Assembly (NCBI GenBank): GCA_050173015.1
Contig: JBFXLE010000010.1
Span: forward strand, 53,722 to 117,721
Source: Calditrichaceae bacterium
Lineage (GTDB): Bacteria; Calditrichota; Calditrichia; Calditrichales; JBFXGD01
Reading direction: 5' to 3'
Length of the DNA stretch: 64,000 nt
Shown here: positions 30,986-39,847 of the stretch, piece by piece
Position numbering within the stretch: the stretch's first letter is position 1
How the letters are laid out: every line of letters begins with the position of its first letter
Position numbers and translations under genes: made by a program
Notes under the pieces: generated by a model
What the model was told of the DNA's origin: nothing
The model's database searches: none
What the model saw: the letters and a program-made list of their open reading frames with translations, nothing else

Positions 30986-31390
30986 GATCTGATTTCCCCG
31001 CCCAAAAAATCAACCGGCTTCCATCAAAGAAAATTGTAAAAATCTAAAGCCGGGATCAATCTGAAAATCTTCATTGACAATCATGTGCAATTTATTACCG
31101 ATTGCGTTGGAATGTAATAATGAACCTTAAAATTGTCGAGGGTAACCCTTAGCGGAGAAAAGTAGGCAACCCGATTAACCTTATATTCATAGTTTTTAAC
31201 CTGAGTAGCAAAATAACTCCACACCATTCATTTACGTTTCGGAATTGATGGTTGCCAGGCAATAGCACCGTACACATAATGGGTGTATCGTTTGTCAGAC
31301 TAATTCCAAAGTCAATAAAGTAATAAGGTTTTGTGTTTTTGCTGATTTTATGCCACTAAGGTCAACAAGCAAAAATAAGGTCTATGAGTT

Positions 31391-31730
31391 TTGCATATCC
31401 GCGTGACAGATGAAATGGGTTATCTGCCTTTAGACCGTAATGTCACCAATCTCTTTTTTCAGTTGGAATCCCTCGTTACGAAAGGATCTATTATCCACAC
31501 CGGCAATAAAAGTTACCTGGATTGGGGAATGCTGTTTCCGGACGAAGGGATTGTTGCGGCTATTTTAGATCAATTGTTTCATTATTCCAAAACGGTAAAA
31601 ATCACCGGTCAATCATACCGCCTGGCGATGAAAAAGAAGGTGGGACTTTTTGAAAATAAGTAAAAATTTTTAACCAAAAGCGGGGAGTTTTAAATTCCGT
31701 TTTTTGGGGAAATGTAAATTCCTCTTGACA
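31391..31730 (+). mobile_element. istB: IS21-family remnant: 3' fragment of istB and right end
   Basis: DEMGYLP...LFFQL...SIIHTGNKSYLDWG...AAILDQLFH...ITGQSYRL. Followed by repeated GGGGA.T.TAAATTCC motifs ending in TTGACA; Walker A and istA are absent. Confidence 0.8.
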
Positions 31731-31732
31731 AG

Positions 31733-31984
31733 GGATGAAATCTATGTAGAAAAACAGACACCACACCATTCCGCGGCCCCATAGGGGTCGAACAATTACA
31801 GCCAAATCCCCATTTATACAAAGATGTGACGCCTCGGGCGTCAGGTGTTTATCATATAACCAATATTTATACATCAACCCCGGGATTTAAACGCAACCGT
31901 CATTCCCAATCCCGGATGGATGAAATTTTTGTAGAATGATTAACACCAGACGAGTCCGCGACCCCGCAGGGGTCGTACAATTAC
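31733..31984. repeat. REP-like hairpin cluster with two ~67-bp direct repeats
   Basis: GGATGAAAT..TGTAGAA...ACACCA...CGCG(G/A)CCCC.(T/C)AGGGGTCG.ACAATTAC at 31733-31799 and 31918-31984; TGACGCC-TCG-GGCGTCA hairpin between them. Confidence 0.65.
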
Positions 31985-32012
31985 CGCCTGACAGTTTGTA
32001 CTCAACTCATGT

Positions 32013-32384
32013 TCAGACGTGCTGATCAATCAAAATCGGGTTTCCATCAGGATCCGTTACCATGAAGCTCGCGGGTCCTTTGCCACTCTCATCGGATTCA
32101 TTCTCAATACGCAAACCTTGCCTTTTGAGCTCCCGCTGAAGGTCGCGTACGTCTGTGAATGAATCAAGCGTATTAGCGTTTTGGTCCCAACCAGGATTGA
32201 AAGTCAAAATATTTTTTTCAAACATGCCCTGAAATAAACCAATAATGTGATCTTCATTCTTCATTATCAGCCAATTTTGCGCCGCGTCTCCACCGAAAAC
32301 ATGGAATCCTAATTTCATGTAAAAGGACTTTGAAGTTTCGAGATCTTTGACATTTAGACTTACAGAAAATGCGCCTAATTTCAT
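32013..32384 (-). CDS. VOC/glyoxalase family protein
   Basis: [16 protein letters not shown] and [12 protein letters not shown]. Confidence 0.88.
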   Translation of the reverse strand: MKLGAFSVSLNVKDLETSKSFYMKLGFHVFGGDAAQNWLIMKNEDHIIGLFQGMFEKNILTFNPGWDQNANTLDSFTDVRDLQRELKRQGLRIENESDESGKGPASFMVTDPDGNPILIDQHV

Positions 32385-32477
32385 ACGACTCTCCAGTTAT
32401 TTTATGATTTTTGGGTCCGAGGAATATAAACGACGATTACAAATTAATAATTTCATTGCTGCACTATCCGGGCCAAT

Positions 32478-32610
32478 ATCTAACGGATGGCGAATAATGG
32501 GCGCCAAACCACGCGCCCGGCGACTTGATTTTTGCATAACCCATTCACGGTTTACTAAAAAAACACTCAACCGGTTTGCGTTTGGACTCCGGTTGACGCG
32601 CCGGTTATAC
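32478..32610 (-). repeat. attC-like integron cassette recombination site
   Basis: Minus strand GTATAAC (R'') ... GTTAGAT (R'), 133-bp imperfect palindrome with an inner CCAAAC/GTTTGG pair, just after the LysE stop codon. Confidence 0.6.
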
Positions 32611-32619
32611 GGAATTTTC

Positions 32620-33240
32620 TTAACCATGCACTAAAATGCTTATTCCAACCCATAATTGATATATTCCAAAACCGAACAATACAATCGATGACAGTCCAAC
32701 CAGGGTCCTGCTCACTTTTGAACCAAATTTTTGAGCGAATCCAAACAGAATAATTATTCCCGCTAAAGTCAATATCATCGTGAAATAAAAACCAAAAATC
32801 AAGGCCAGCCCATTTATGGGAGCCCCATTCCATCCTTCAAGAAAAAGCGGTCCCATAATTAAACTCCATCCTAAATACGGAGCCGGATTTAATAGATTTA
32901 CAAATATCGCGTTAAATAGGGTTTGCTTTGCCGATTCATTCGTGATCGCATGGCTTACATCGAATACTTTCCAGGATTTAAAAGCCATAAATCCGAGATA
33001 AAAAAGGAATAACCCGCCGCCAATTCTTAACAGGATTATAAAACTTTCCGGCATCGTGCTGAGCAAGTATAAGACCACTATAAGAATTGGAATATCGCTG
33101 ATTAAAGGCGCAAACGCGGTAGGTAAGGTTGAACGCCATCCATTTTTGAGAGTTTGAGATATTATATATGTTAGAAGAGGGCCCGGCTGAACTGCCGCCG
33201 CGAACGCGTAGGTTATTCCAAAGATTAAATAACTTATCAT
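32620..33240 (-). CDS. LysE family translocator
   Basis: AVQPGP, GGLFLFYLG and NLLNP motifs; 6 TM. Confidence 0.88.
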   Translation of the reverse strand: MISYLIFGITYAFAAAVQPGPLLTYIISQTLKNGWRSTLPTAFAPLISDIPILIVVLYLLSTMPESFIILLRIGGGLFLFYLGFMAFKSWKVFDVSHAITNESAKQTLFNAIFVNLLNPAPYLGWSLIMGPLFLEGWNGAPINGLALIFGFYFTMILTLAGIIILFGFAQKFGSKVSRTLVGLSSIVLFGFGIYQLWVGISILVHG

Positions 33241-33351
33241 TTTAACTTAAATATTCCGGTATTTTCATAGCATGGGCCCTAATAACATAATATTACCCCG
33301 CGACTAAAGGTACCGTTCAAGGCAGATACCGACTAGAATGACCGTGATTTA

Positions 33352-34104
33352 TTATAGTTTATTTTTATGAATCAATGATATTTCTTCATAAGAAATTGAA
33401 CCGGCAAAAATTTCATACCCTTTTTCATTTAATTTTTTTATTATTTCTTTGGATTTATAATTATTTAAATCAAAGAGCCTGTCATGAAACTCAACGAGTA
33501 TTTGATCAATGGTGACTGTAGAATCCAGTATTTTTTCCAGCACGGTGTATTCGGAACCTTCAATATCCATTTTTAGAACATCGATATGCTGATGCCCTAA
33601 TTCACCGGTAATTTCATCAAACAATTTCATTTTAACTTTTATCGAATTCTTTGGATTTACACCATTTATTTTAATTAGACTGCCGGATATCCCTTTGGGA
33701 TTGGCGGGTAAGTAGAAATCCACAAGGCCCGATTTTAAATCACTTATACCCCAATCAAAAAAAGTGAACAAATCAGACAGTTTTTTGTTTTTGATATAGT
33801 TTATTGATAGTGGGGTTGGATCAAACGCAAAAATCTTACAGTTGTGCTTTTTTATACAGGTCAGGTCAAATGAGATATCTTTTCCAATTCCAAATGAATA
33901 GATAATAGAATCAGATGAAAGCAATTTAGGATTGACATAGAAACCTCCATAGCTGCTCCCATACCATTCATAATCACAATTTACCGTGTTCACTAAATGG
34001 GCTACTTTTTTCTTATCTATTTGCTCAGAGAGAAGTTTTTTTCTTTTTTTAGACGCGTAATTTAATCTGGCTGAATTGATTATATTTTTAATTTTTTCTA
34101 TCAT
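33352..34104 (-). CDS. FkbM/Methyltransf_21-type SAM-dependent methyltransferase
   Basis: IYSFGIGKDISFD, FAFDPTP, IDVLKMDIEGSE and QILVEFH. Confidence 0.85.
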   Translation of the reverse strand: MIEKIKNIINSARLNYASKKRKKLLSEQIDKKKVAHLVNTVNCDYEWYGSSYGGFYVNPKLLSSDSIIYSFGIGKDISFDLTCIKKHNCKIFAFDPTPLSINYIKNKKLSDLFTFFDWGISDLKSGLVDFYLPANPKGISGSLIKINGVNPKNSIKVKMKLFDEITGELGHQHIDVLKMDIEGSEYTVLEKILDSTVTIDQILVEFHDRLFDLNNYKSKEIIKKLNEKGYEIFAGSISYEEISLIHKNKL

Positions 34105-34125
34105 ATAAATAAATTTACTATTGGT

Positions 34126-35037
34126 TTAATCAAATACATTGTATTTTCTCTTAACATATTTTGCGCCCCAAAATGAAGTAAGATAATATGCCAAAGTTTT
34201 TAAATTTAGCTGAGACCGCAGGAAAAAAAATCTCGCTGTCTGCATATTATTCATCAGGTAATAATAACGCGCTATTGTTCCATGAATTTTTTTATACGAA
34301 GTTTTTACTTCTTTAGGATAAACATTCATAAAGCCTTCAATAAACATAAGTGAGAAATAAAAATCTTTTCTGCGATAATCTTCATTCAGAGATAAATTAG
34401 TATCCGTCACATATCGATTATATAATGAATCACATATCTCAATGGATGCTTTTTCATGAAACAGTCTCAAAATCCAATCGAAATCAACTATCCCAAAAAC
34501 TTCTTCAAAAAGAATATCTTTCAGTTCTTTCCTATATATGATACCGCTTAAATACGTGTTTTGACCGGCTAATGATTTCGTTAATCTGTTTAAAAAGGTT
34601 GTGTTTGATTCAAAATATAAAAAATCAACTTTCGATTTGTTTATTTTATCGATTTTTCTATTCTCTTTTTCATTGATGACAGAATGCCCGGATGTGACGA
34701 TAGGAACTTTCTCTAAATAGGGTAATTGTGAAAGTAATCTGTTTTCTTTCCATTCATCATCGTGATCAACGATACAGATATAGTCTCCGGAAGATTTTTT
34801 TATACCCATGTTTCGTCCTTTATTAGGGCCGCCGGAGTTTTTATCATTAGTTAATAAAAGTAGATCATAATTTTTAACTATCTCAACCGTTTTATCGGTC
34901 GAGCAATCATCAACTACAATCAATTCGATATCAAATTCTTTTCGAAGACCTTTTTGATTTAAAATAGAATCCAGGGTTCTTTGAATGGTTTTTTCCGAAT
35001 TGTATGTTGTAATTATTACAGAAACTAATTTTTTCAT
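34126..35037 (-). CDS. Glycosyltransferase family 2
   Basis: VSVIITTYN, VVDDCSTD, NSGGPNKGRN and DHDD. Confidence 0.92.
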   Translation of the reverse strand: MKKLVSVIITTYNSEKTIQRTLDSILNQKGLRKEFDIELIVVDDCSTDKTVEIVKNYDLLLLTNDKNSGGPNKGRNMGIKKSSGDYICIVDHDDEWKENRLLSQLPYLEKVPIVTSGHSVINEKENRKIDKINKSKVDFLYFESNTTFLNRLTKSLAGQNTYLSGIIYRKELKDILFEEVFGIVDFDWILRLFHEKASIEICDSLYNRYVTDTNLSLNEDYRRKDFYFSLMFIEGFMNVYPKEVKTSYKKIHGTIARYYYLMNNMQTARFFFLRSQLNLKTLAYYLTSFWGAKYVKRKYNVFD

Positions 35038-35442
35038 CTTGTTTTTATCATACTTTATTAGCTGGATGCATTCAACGGGTTAAACTGACTATACTATTTA
35101 TTTTATTTTAATAAAAATCATCAATGGAATTCTATATTGTTTGCAGTACCTTTTTCGATATTTATATATAAATCTCTCTAAATTTCGAATCGGATTCTCC
35201 AAATACCATTGAATATATCTCAATTCCGTTTCTTGTTCAAGCAGTGAGTAAAACCCATGTCTTAGCTGACGCTATTTTTCAATTTTCCGGTCACCAATGT
35301 TCATGGTGTTTTATTATAAGCTGCAGTTTCTTCATTGTCTGAACTATGACCTGTCCGACTGTTATTTACTCTTTTTCTTTTTTCGTTTATCTTTTTTCTT
35401 AAGCTTCTCACGTCCTGCTTAGGCACGAACATCGTGCTCCTG

Positions 35443-36791
35443 CTCTTAACTCTTACACTCTATTCTCTTAACGCTCTTTAATTCTCACTTCCTACTTTTC
35501 TTCTTCTTCCTACTTCTTACTTATATTCTTCCCGAGAAAGCAGAAGATCCTTCCAGGATGACTTTTCGGGAAGGCTGGATAAGGCATCTACTCTTAACTC
35601 TTACACTCTTTTCTCTTAACGCTCTTTAATTCTCACTTCCTACTTCTTACTTCTTACTTTTCTTCTTCTTCCTACTTCTGACTTTTATTCTTCCCGAGTA
35701 AGCAGAAGATCCTTCCAGGATGACATTTCGGGAAGGCTGGATAAGGCATCTACTCTTAACTCTTACACTCTATTCTCTTAACGCTCTTTAATTCTCACTT
35801 CCTACTTCTCACTTCCTACTTTTCTTCTTCTCCCTACTTTTTGAATGGCCAAAAAGTAGCAAAAAGCCCTGGCGAATTTTAACTCGTTTAAATTTTTCCG
35901 TTTTTCTCATTCATCCACTCAGACAGAAAATTCGCCCCGAAGAATCATTTTTTCTACATCCTTCCAAGGTAGCCAAAGATGCCTTCGGCATGACATTTCG
36001 GGAAGGCTGGATAAGGCATCTACTCTTAACTCTTACACTCTTTTCTCTTAACGCTCTTTAATTCTCACTTCCTACTTCCTACTTCTTACTTTTCTTCTTC
36101 TTCCTACTTTTTGAATGGCCAAAAAGTAGCAAAAAGCCCTGGCGAATTTTAACTCGTGTAAAAATTAACCGTTTTTCAATTTACTCCACTCAGACAGAAA
36201 ATTCGCCTCGAAGAATCTTTTTTTCTACATCCTTCCAAGGTAGCCAAAGATGCCTTCGGCATGACATACGGATAGATTAACCGGTTTCACCGCGGTTGAC
36301 TATGACATCGCCTGCCCGGATTCAGACACCCCCACTCTTAACTCTTTTCTCTTAACGCTCTTTAATTCTCACTTCCTACTTCTTACTTCTTACTTTTCTT
36401 CTTCCTACTTCTAACTTTTATTTTTCCCGAGTAAGCAGAAGATCCTTCCAGGATGACATTTCGGGAAGGCTGGATAAGGCCCCTACTCTTAACTCTTACA
36501 CTCTTTTCTCTTAACGCTCTTTAATTCTCACTTCCTACTTCCTACTTCTTACTTTTCTTCCTCCCTACTTTTTGAATGGCCAAAAAGTAGCAAAAAGCCC
36601 TGGCGAATTTTAACTCGTGTAAAATTTAACCGTTTTTCAATTTACTCCACTCAGACAGAAAATTCGCCCCGAAGAATCATTTTTTCTACATCCTTCCAAG
36701 GTAGCCAAAGATGCCTTCGGCATGACATTTCGGGAAGGCTGGATAAGGCCCCTACTCTTAACTCTTACACTCATTTCTCTTAACGCTCTTT
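35443..36791. repeat. Modular non-coding tandem array (pyrimidine-rich unit A x7 interleaved with hairpin modules B x3 and C x3)
   Basis: A starts at 35443, 35591, 35753, 36023, 36335, 36486 and 36755; B at 35529, 35691 and 36424; C at 35834, 36104 and 36565. No ORF. Confidence 0.9.
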
Positions 36792-36802
36792 ACTTTTCAT
36801 TC

Positions 36803-37651
36803 TTATACTTCAATAAATCTCATAAATAGAAATATCAACAGGCCAAGGGTTGCTCCCAGATATATCCGGCGGATATATTTTCTTCCCTCTTCATTGGTGG
36901 ATTTCACCAATCGCATAGAGGGATAAGCAATCGCGATATCCATTATTAAAATTGGTATCAAATAAACCATTGGAAACCAAGCCAATATAAATGGAACCAT
37001 GGTTAGAAAAACAACAAAAAAGAAAATGGAGCTGCTTATTTGTAGCGCTGTTTGTTTTCCATATTTAATCGCCAGCGAATTTGAATCAATCAGAAGATCT
37101 CCCTGCATATCCATAGAATCGGCTGCGATTTCTTCTCCTAAATCTATTAAGGCGGCGATGACGCCAAAAAACCAGACCATTTTATTAAAGGGTAAACCAA
37201 CGGATACACCACCAAAAATAAATGTCATCCCCACAGAAAAACTTACCATTAAATTTCCCGGTAACCCGCTTTTTTTAAATTTTCGGTTATAAAGAAATCC
37301 AATAATTGACAGTATAATTATACAAATTAACGCTGTTAAACCAAGCAAATATCCAAGAATTATGCCGAGCGATAAAAGAATTATAGATAGTAATAGCGCT
37401 TCCTTCAGGGTAACAAGGCCTGAAGGTATGGGCCGGCCGGGTGAATTTATTTTATCCGTTTCAACATCGAAATAGTCATTTAATACCAGTATGGAGGCGG
37501 AAATAAAAAAGACCGCAAAAAAGGCGAATATTGTTTCAGAAGGGGATGCAAATCTTCCCAGGGCCAGCAACTGCCCCATAACAACACAGACACCTGCGGA
37601 AAATGGAAGTTCAAAACGCATTAAACCGAATAGCCCTTTAATATTCTTCAT
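36803..37651 (-). CDS. UbiA-family prenyltransferase (DGGGP-synthase-like)
   Basis: NDYFDVETDKINSPGRPIPSG and EIAADSMDMQGD aspartate motifs; multiple TM. Confidence 0.85.
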   Translation of the reverse strand: MKNIKGLFGLMRFELPFSAGVCVVMGQLLALGRFASPSETIFAFFAVFFISASILVLNDYFDVETDKINSPGRPIPSGLVTLKEALLLSIILLSLGIILGYLLGLTALICIIILSIIGFLYNRKFKKSGLPGNLMVSFSVGMTFIFGGVSVGLPFNKMVWFFGVIAALIDLGEEIAADSMDMQGDLLIDSNSLAIKYGKQTALQISSSIFFFVVFLTMVPFILAWFPMVYLIPILIMDIAIAYPSMRLVKSTNEEGRKYIRRIYLGATLGLLIFLFMRFIEV

Positions 37652-38065
37652 AACCCTTCCACAAATTTGTTTGCAATGGTTTTTGTATGTGAGGCGGAAT
37701 TTAGAATTCCCCGCTTGCTAAAGAAAGATTAAATTTCCTCCGTACCTGATCAATAACAGCAATATAGATGATTTAGGATAAGCCGGAGGAATATATGGAA
37801 ATTTTTAAGCTAAAGGAACAGGTTTTGATAATTTTCCTTATCAGCGGAAAAGATTCACCGGATCGCGAAAGTTGGACCAACACAGAGAACACCGAAAACA
37901 ATGCCGGCGCCGAAAAAGCAGCATCGGAAAATATGATGTACATTACACCACTCCGGGTTTCCCCGAAGAACATATATCGCCCCTGTCAAAAAGAAATTCC
38001 GGGAAGAGAGGGTATCATTTTCCCGGAAAGTTTTAACCAAATACACCGATAGGAATTGACAGACC

Positions 38066-38295
38066 TATTCCGGAGGGGAGCCTGAAACCGCGGAGGGAAG
38101 GGTCACATTCCGGAGGGAAGGTTCAAACTTCGGAGGGAAAGGGTACAATACCGGAGGGGAGCGGTCAAACTTCGGAGGGAAGGCGAAAAACTCTGGAGGG
38201 GAGGGGTATATTCCCGGAGGGAAGGGTAAAACTGTGGAGGGGACGCCTAAAATACCGGAGGGGAAGGTCAAAACAGGAAGGGAAGGGTAAAAATC
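38066..38295. repeat. G-rich tandem repeat, 20-21 bp period, about 10-11 copies
   Basis: YGGAGGG core at 38071, 38091, 38111, 38131, 38152, 38173, 38194, 38215, 38235 and 38256. Confidence 0.85.
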
Positions 38296-38321
38296 GATGC
38301 GCCGGGGGAAAATAATCATAG

Positions 38322-38540
38322 CCCCGATCTTTAGATCGGGGATAAGGAGAAACCAAATAATGATGGGCTTCAGCTCAAATTTGGCTAAATCCATTTATAT
38401 ACGGAAATAAAATAATCCACGAGCTGAAGCTCGTGGCAATGAGATTAAATTCCTGATCATTGCCACTATCTTTAGATAATGGACCGGAAGCCCGGGATGG
38501 CTGGAGTATTTTGGATTCCACGGGCTAAAACTCACGGCAC
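38322..38540. repeat. REP-like palindrome cluster
   Basis: CCCCGATCT-TT-AGATCGGGG (38322), CCACGAGCT-GA-AGCTCGTGG (38417) and CCACTATCT-TT-AGATAATGG (38463). Confidence 0.7.
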
Positions 38541-38763
38541 AGGATCGCGTGGGGTCTGTTTTTCTACAATGATCATCCCTTTGGAATTGGGAAACGGATT
38601 GATGCGTTTTGTTAACTACCTGGTTATCATAAACCTCTTGAAATTTTCATGCCGGTTGTTTATAATGGTAACGATTCTTGTATAGGATATTATTTTTTTT
38701 AACATTAGAGTAAAACGATAATTAACAGGGACGTCTAATCAATATGTTAGTGGCTTCAATTTT

Positions 38764-38859
38764 GTCTCAGATGGCTGAAATGGCAAGGCATAACTGGAAA
38801 CCAAGCCTGTTAAGCTTGGTGATAAGGTTACATTGCAGGTTCGAATCCTGCCTGGGGCA
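38764..38859 (+). ncRNA. tRNA-like RNA with elongated anticodon arm (apical loop CTGTTAA, Asn-type GTT)
   Basis: Acceptor GTCTCAG/CTGGGGC, D-arm GCT-GAAATGGCAA-GGC, T-arm GCAGG-TTCGAAT-CCTGC. Anticodon arm TAACT-GGAA-ACCAAGC-CTGTTAA-GCTTGGT-GATAA-GGTTA. Confidence 0.7.
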
Positions 38860-38899
38860 CAAAATGTAATATTTAAGAGGGAATGAATTTAATTTTTCT

Positions 38900-39067
38900 A
38901 TGAATATTTTTTTTCTACCACTAGGTGACGGTGATGAAATTGGCACCAGCAGTTATTATTTACAAATTGGTAATACAAAATTATTATTAGATGCCGGAAT
39001 AAGGCTAAAGGCATCGTCTGTTTTTCCAAAATATAACTATTTATATAGTAAGCCTCCCTACTCTTAG
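38900..39067 (+). pseudogene. N-terminal fragment of an MBL/beta-CASP ribonuclease-like gene
   Basis: MNIFFLPLGDGDEIGTSSYYLQIGNTKLLLDAGIR... matches the LG...EIG.S.Y.L.......LLDAG start of beta-CASP nucleases; stops after 55 aa. Not in the ORF track. Confidence 0.7.
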
Positions 39068-39074
39068 CTTTTTT

Positions 39075-39127
39075 ACTTCCTACTTCTTACTTCTTACTTC
39101 CTACTTCTTACTTCCTACTTCTTACTT
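39075..39127. repeat. Heptamer repeat (ACTTC(C/T)T) x7
   Basis: Same heptamer as in unit A of the 35.4-36.8 kb array. Confidence 0.85.
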
Positions 39128-39210
39128 TTTCTCCTCCTTGACATCCCATCATAAAACGGGTAAATTTTTTTCTAATTTGCCAGACGTTCTTATAACATAG
39201 ATCCGGAATT

Positions 39211-39828
39211 ATGAACACAGAAAACCTATCGGCCGATGAATATCTTGTACCGGCAATGACGGCCAACGCTGAAATCAAAGTCAAGGGTTCCCGATTTATT
39301 GCCGCCATTTTTCACGCGGAGACAAAGGAATCCGCCGAAGAACAGGTTCTGATTTTAAAAAAGACAAATTATAACGCGACTCATAACTGTTTTGCTTACA
39401 GGATCGATGGCAATCTCTTCCGGTATTCAGATGACGGCGAACCCTCAGGGACCGCCGGGAAGCCCATTTTACAAACAATTGACGGTCAGAATATATATGA
39501 AGTATTGTGTGTGGTGACTCGATACTTCGGCGGCACAAAACTGGGAACGGGCGGCCTGATACGGGCTTACTCGGAGGCGGCGGCAGAGGCTTTAAAACAA
39601 TTGCGGTTAAAAGTGAAGGTCCGATCTGAACTAATCCGTCTGGGGCTGCATTATGAGCAGGAGAACATCATCCGGAATCTGTTGAATGAATTTAACGGGA
39701 AAATTGTGGACAGTGACTATACCGATCAGATTAAAATGGATGTCTCTATCCCGGAAAGCCTGCGCCGGAATTTTGTAGAACGACTCACCGAAATCACACA
39801 TTCAACCGTCACTGTGAAATCCCTTTAA
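39211..39828 (+). CDS. yigZ: YigZ/IMPACT family protein
   Basis: KGSRFIA, ATHNCFAY, DDGEPSGTAGKP and RYFGGTKLGTGGLIRAY. Confidence 0.92.
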   Translation: MNTENLSADEYLVPAMTANAEIKVKGSRFIAAIFHAETKESAEEQVLILKKTNYNATHNCFAYRIDGNLFRYSDDGEPSGTAGKPILQTIDGQNIYEVLCVVTRYFGGTKLGTGGLIRAYSEAAAEALKQLRLKVKVRSELIRLGLHYEQENIIRNLLNEFNGKIVDSDYTDQIKMDVSIPESLRRNFVERLTEITHSTVTVKSL

Positions 39829-39847
39829 TTAAAAACAAGAGAGTCCC

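Noticed and set aside
31080-31356. Minus-strand TGGCATAAAATCAGCA sigma-54-like element and a 48-codon ORF below it
   Set aside because: Weak -12 element and no recognisable downstream gene; could be chance or a decayed relic.
32397-32833. Short ORFs 32397-32627, 32347-32634 and 32567-32833
   Set aside because: They overlap the attC-like palindrome and the LysE/VOC genes and have no recognisable motifs.
35443-36791. CRISPR array interpretation of the A/B/C repeat region
   Set aside because: The inserts are themselves repeated and of two very different lengths, the constant unit is low-complexity and variable in length, and there are no cas genes in the window.
37773-38052. Three overlapping short ORFs upstream of UbiA
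   Set aside because: No motifs, mutually overlapping, and located in a repeat-remnant region.
38065-38394. ORFs 38065-38394 and 38165-38356 (Pro/Phe-rich)
   Set aside because: They are translations of the G-rich repeat and REP hairpins; the mixed 20/21 period argues against coding.
38764-38859. Calling it a standard tRNA-Asn or tRNA-Ser(GGA)
   Set aside because: Neither reading gives canonical geometry. The GTT loop sits on an over-long arm, and the GGA reading has no closed anticodon stem.
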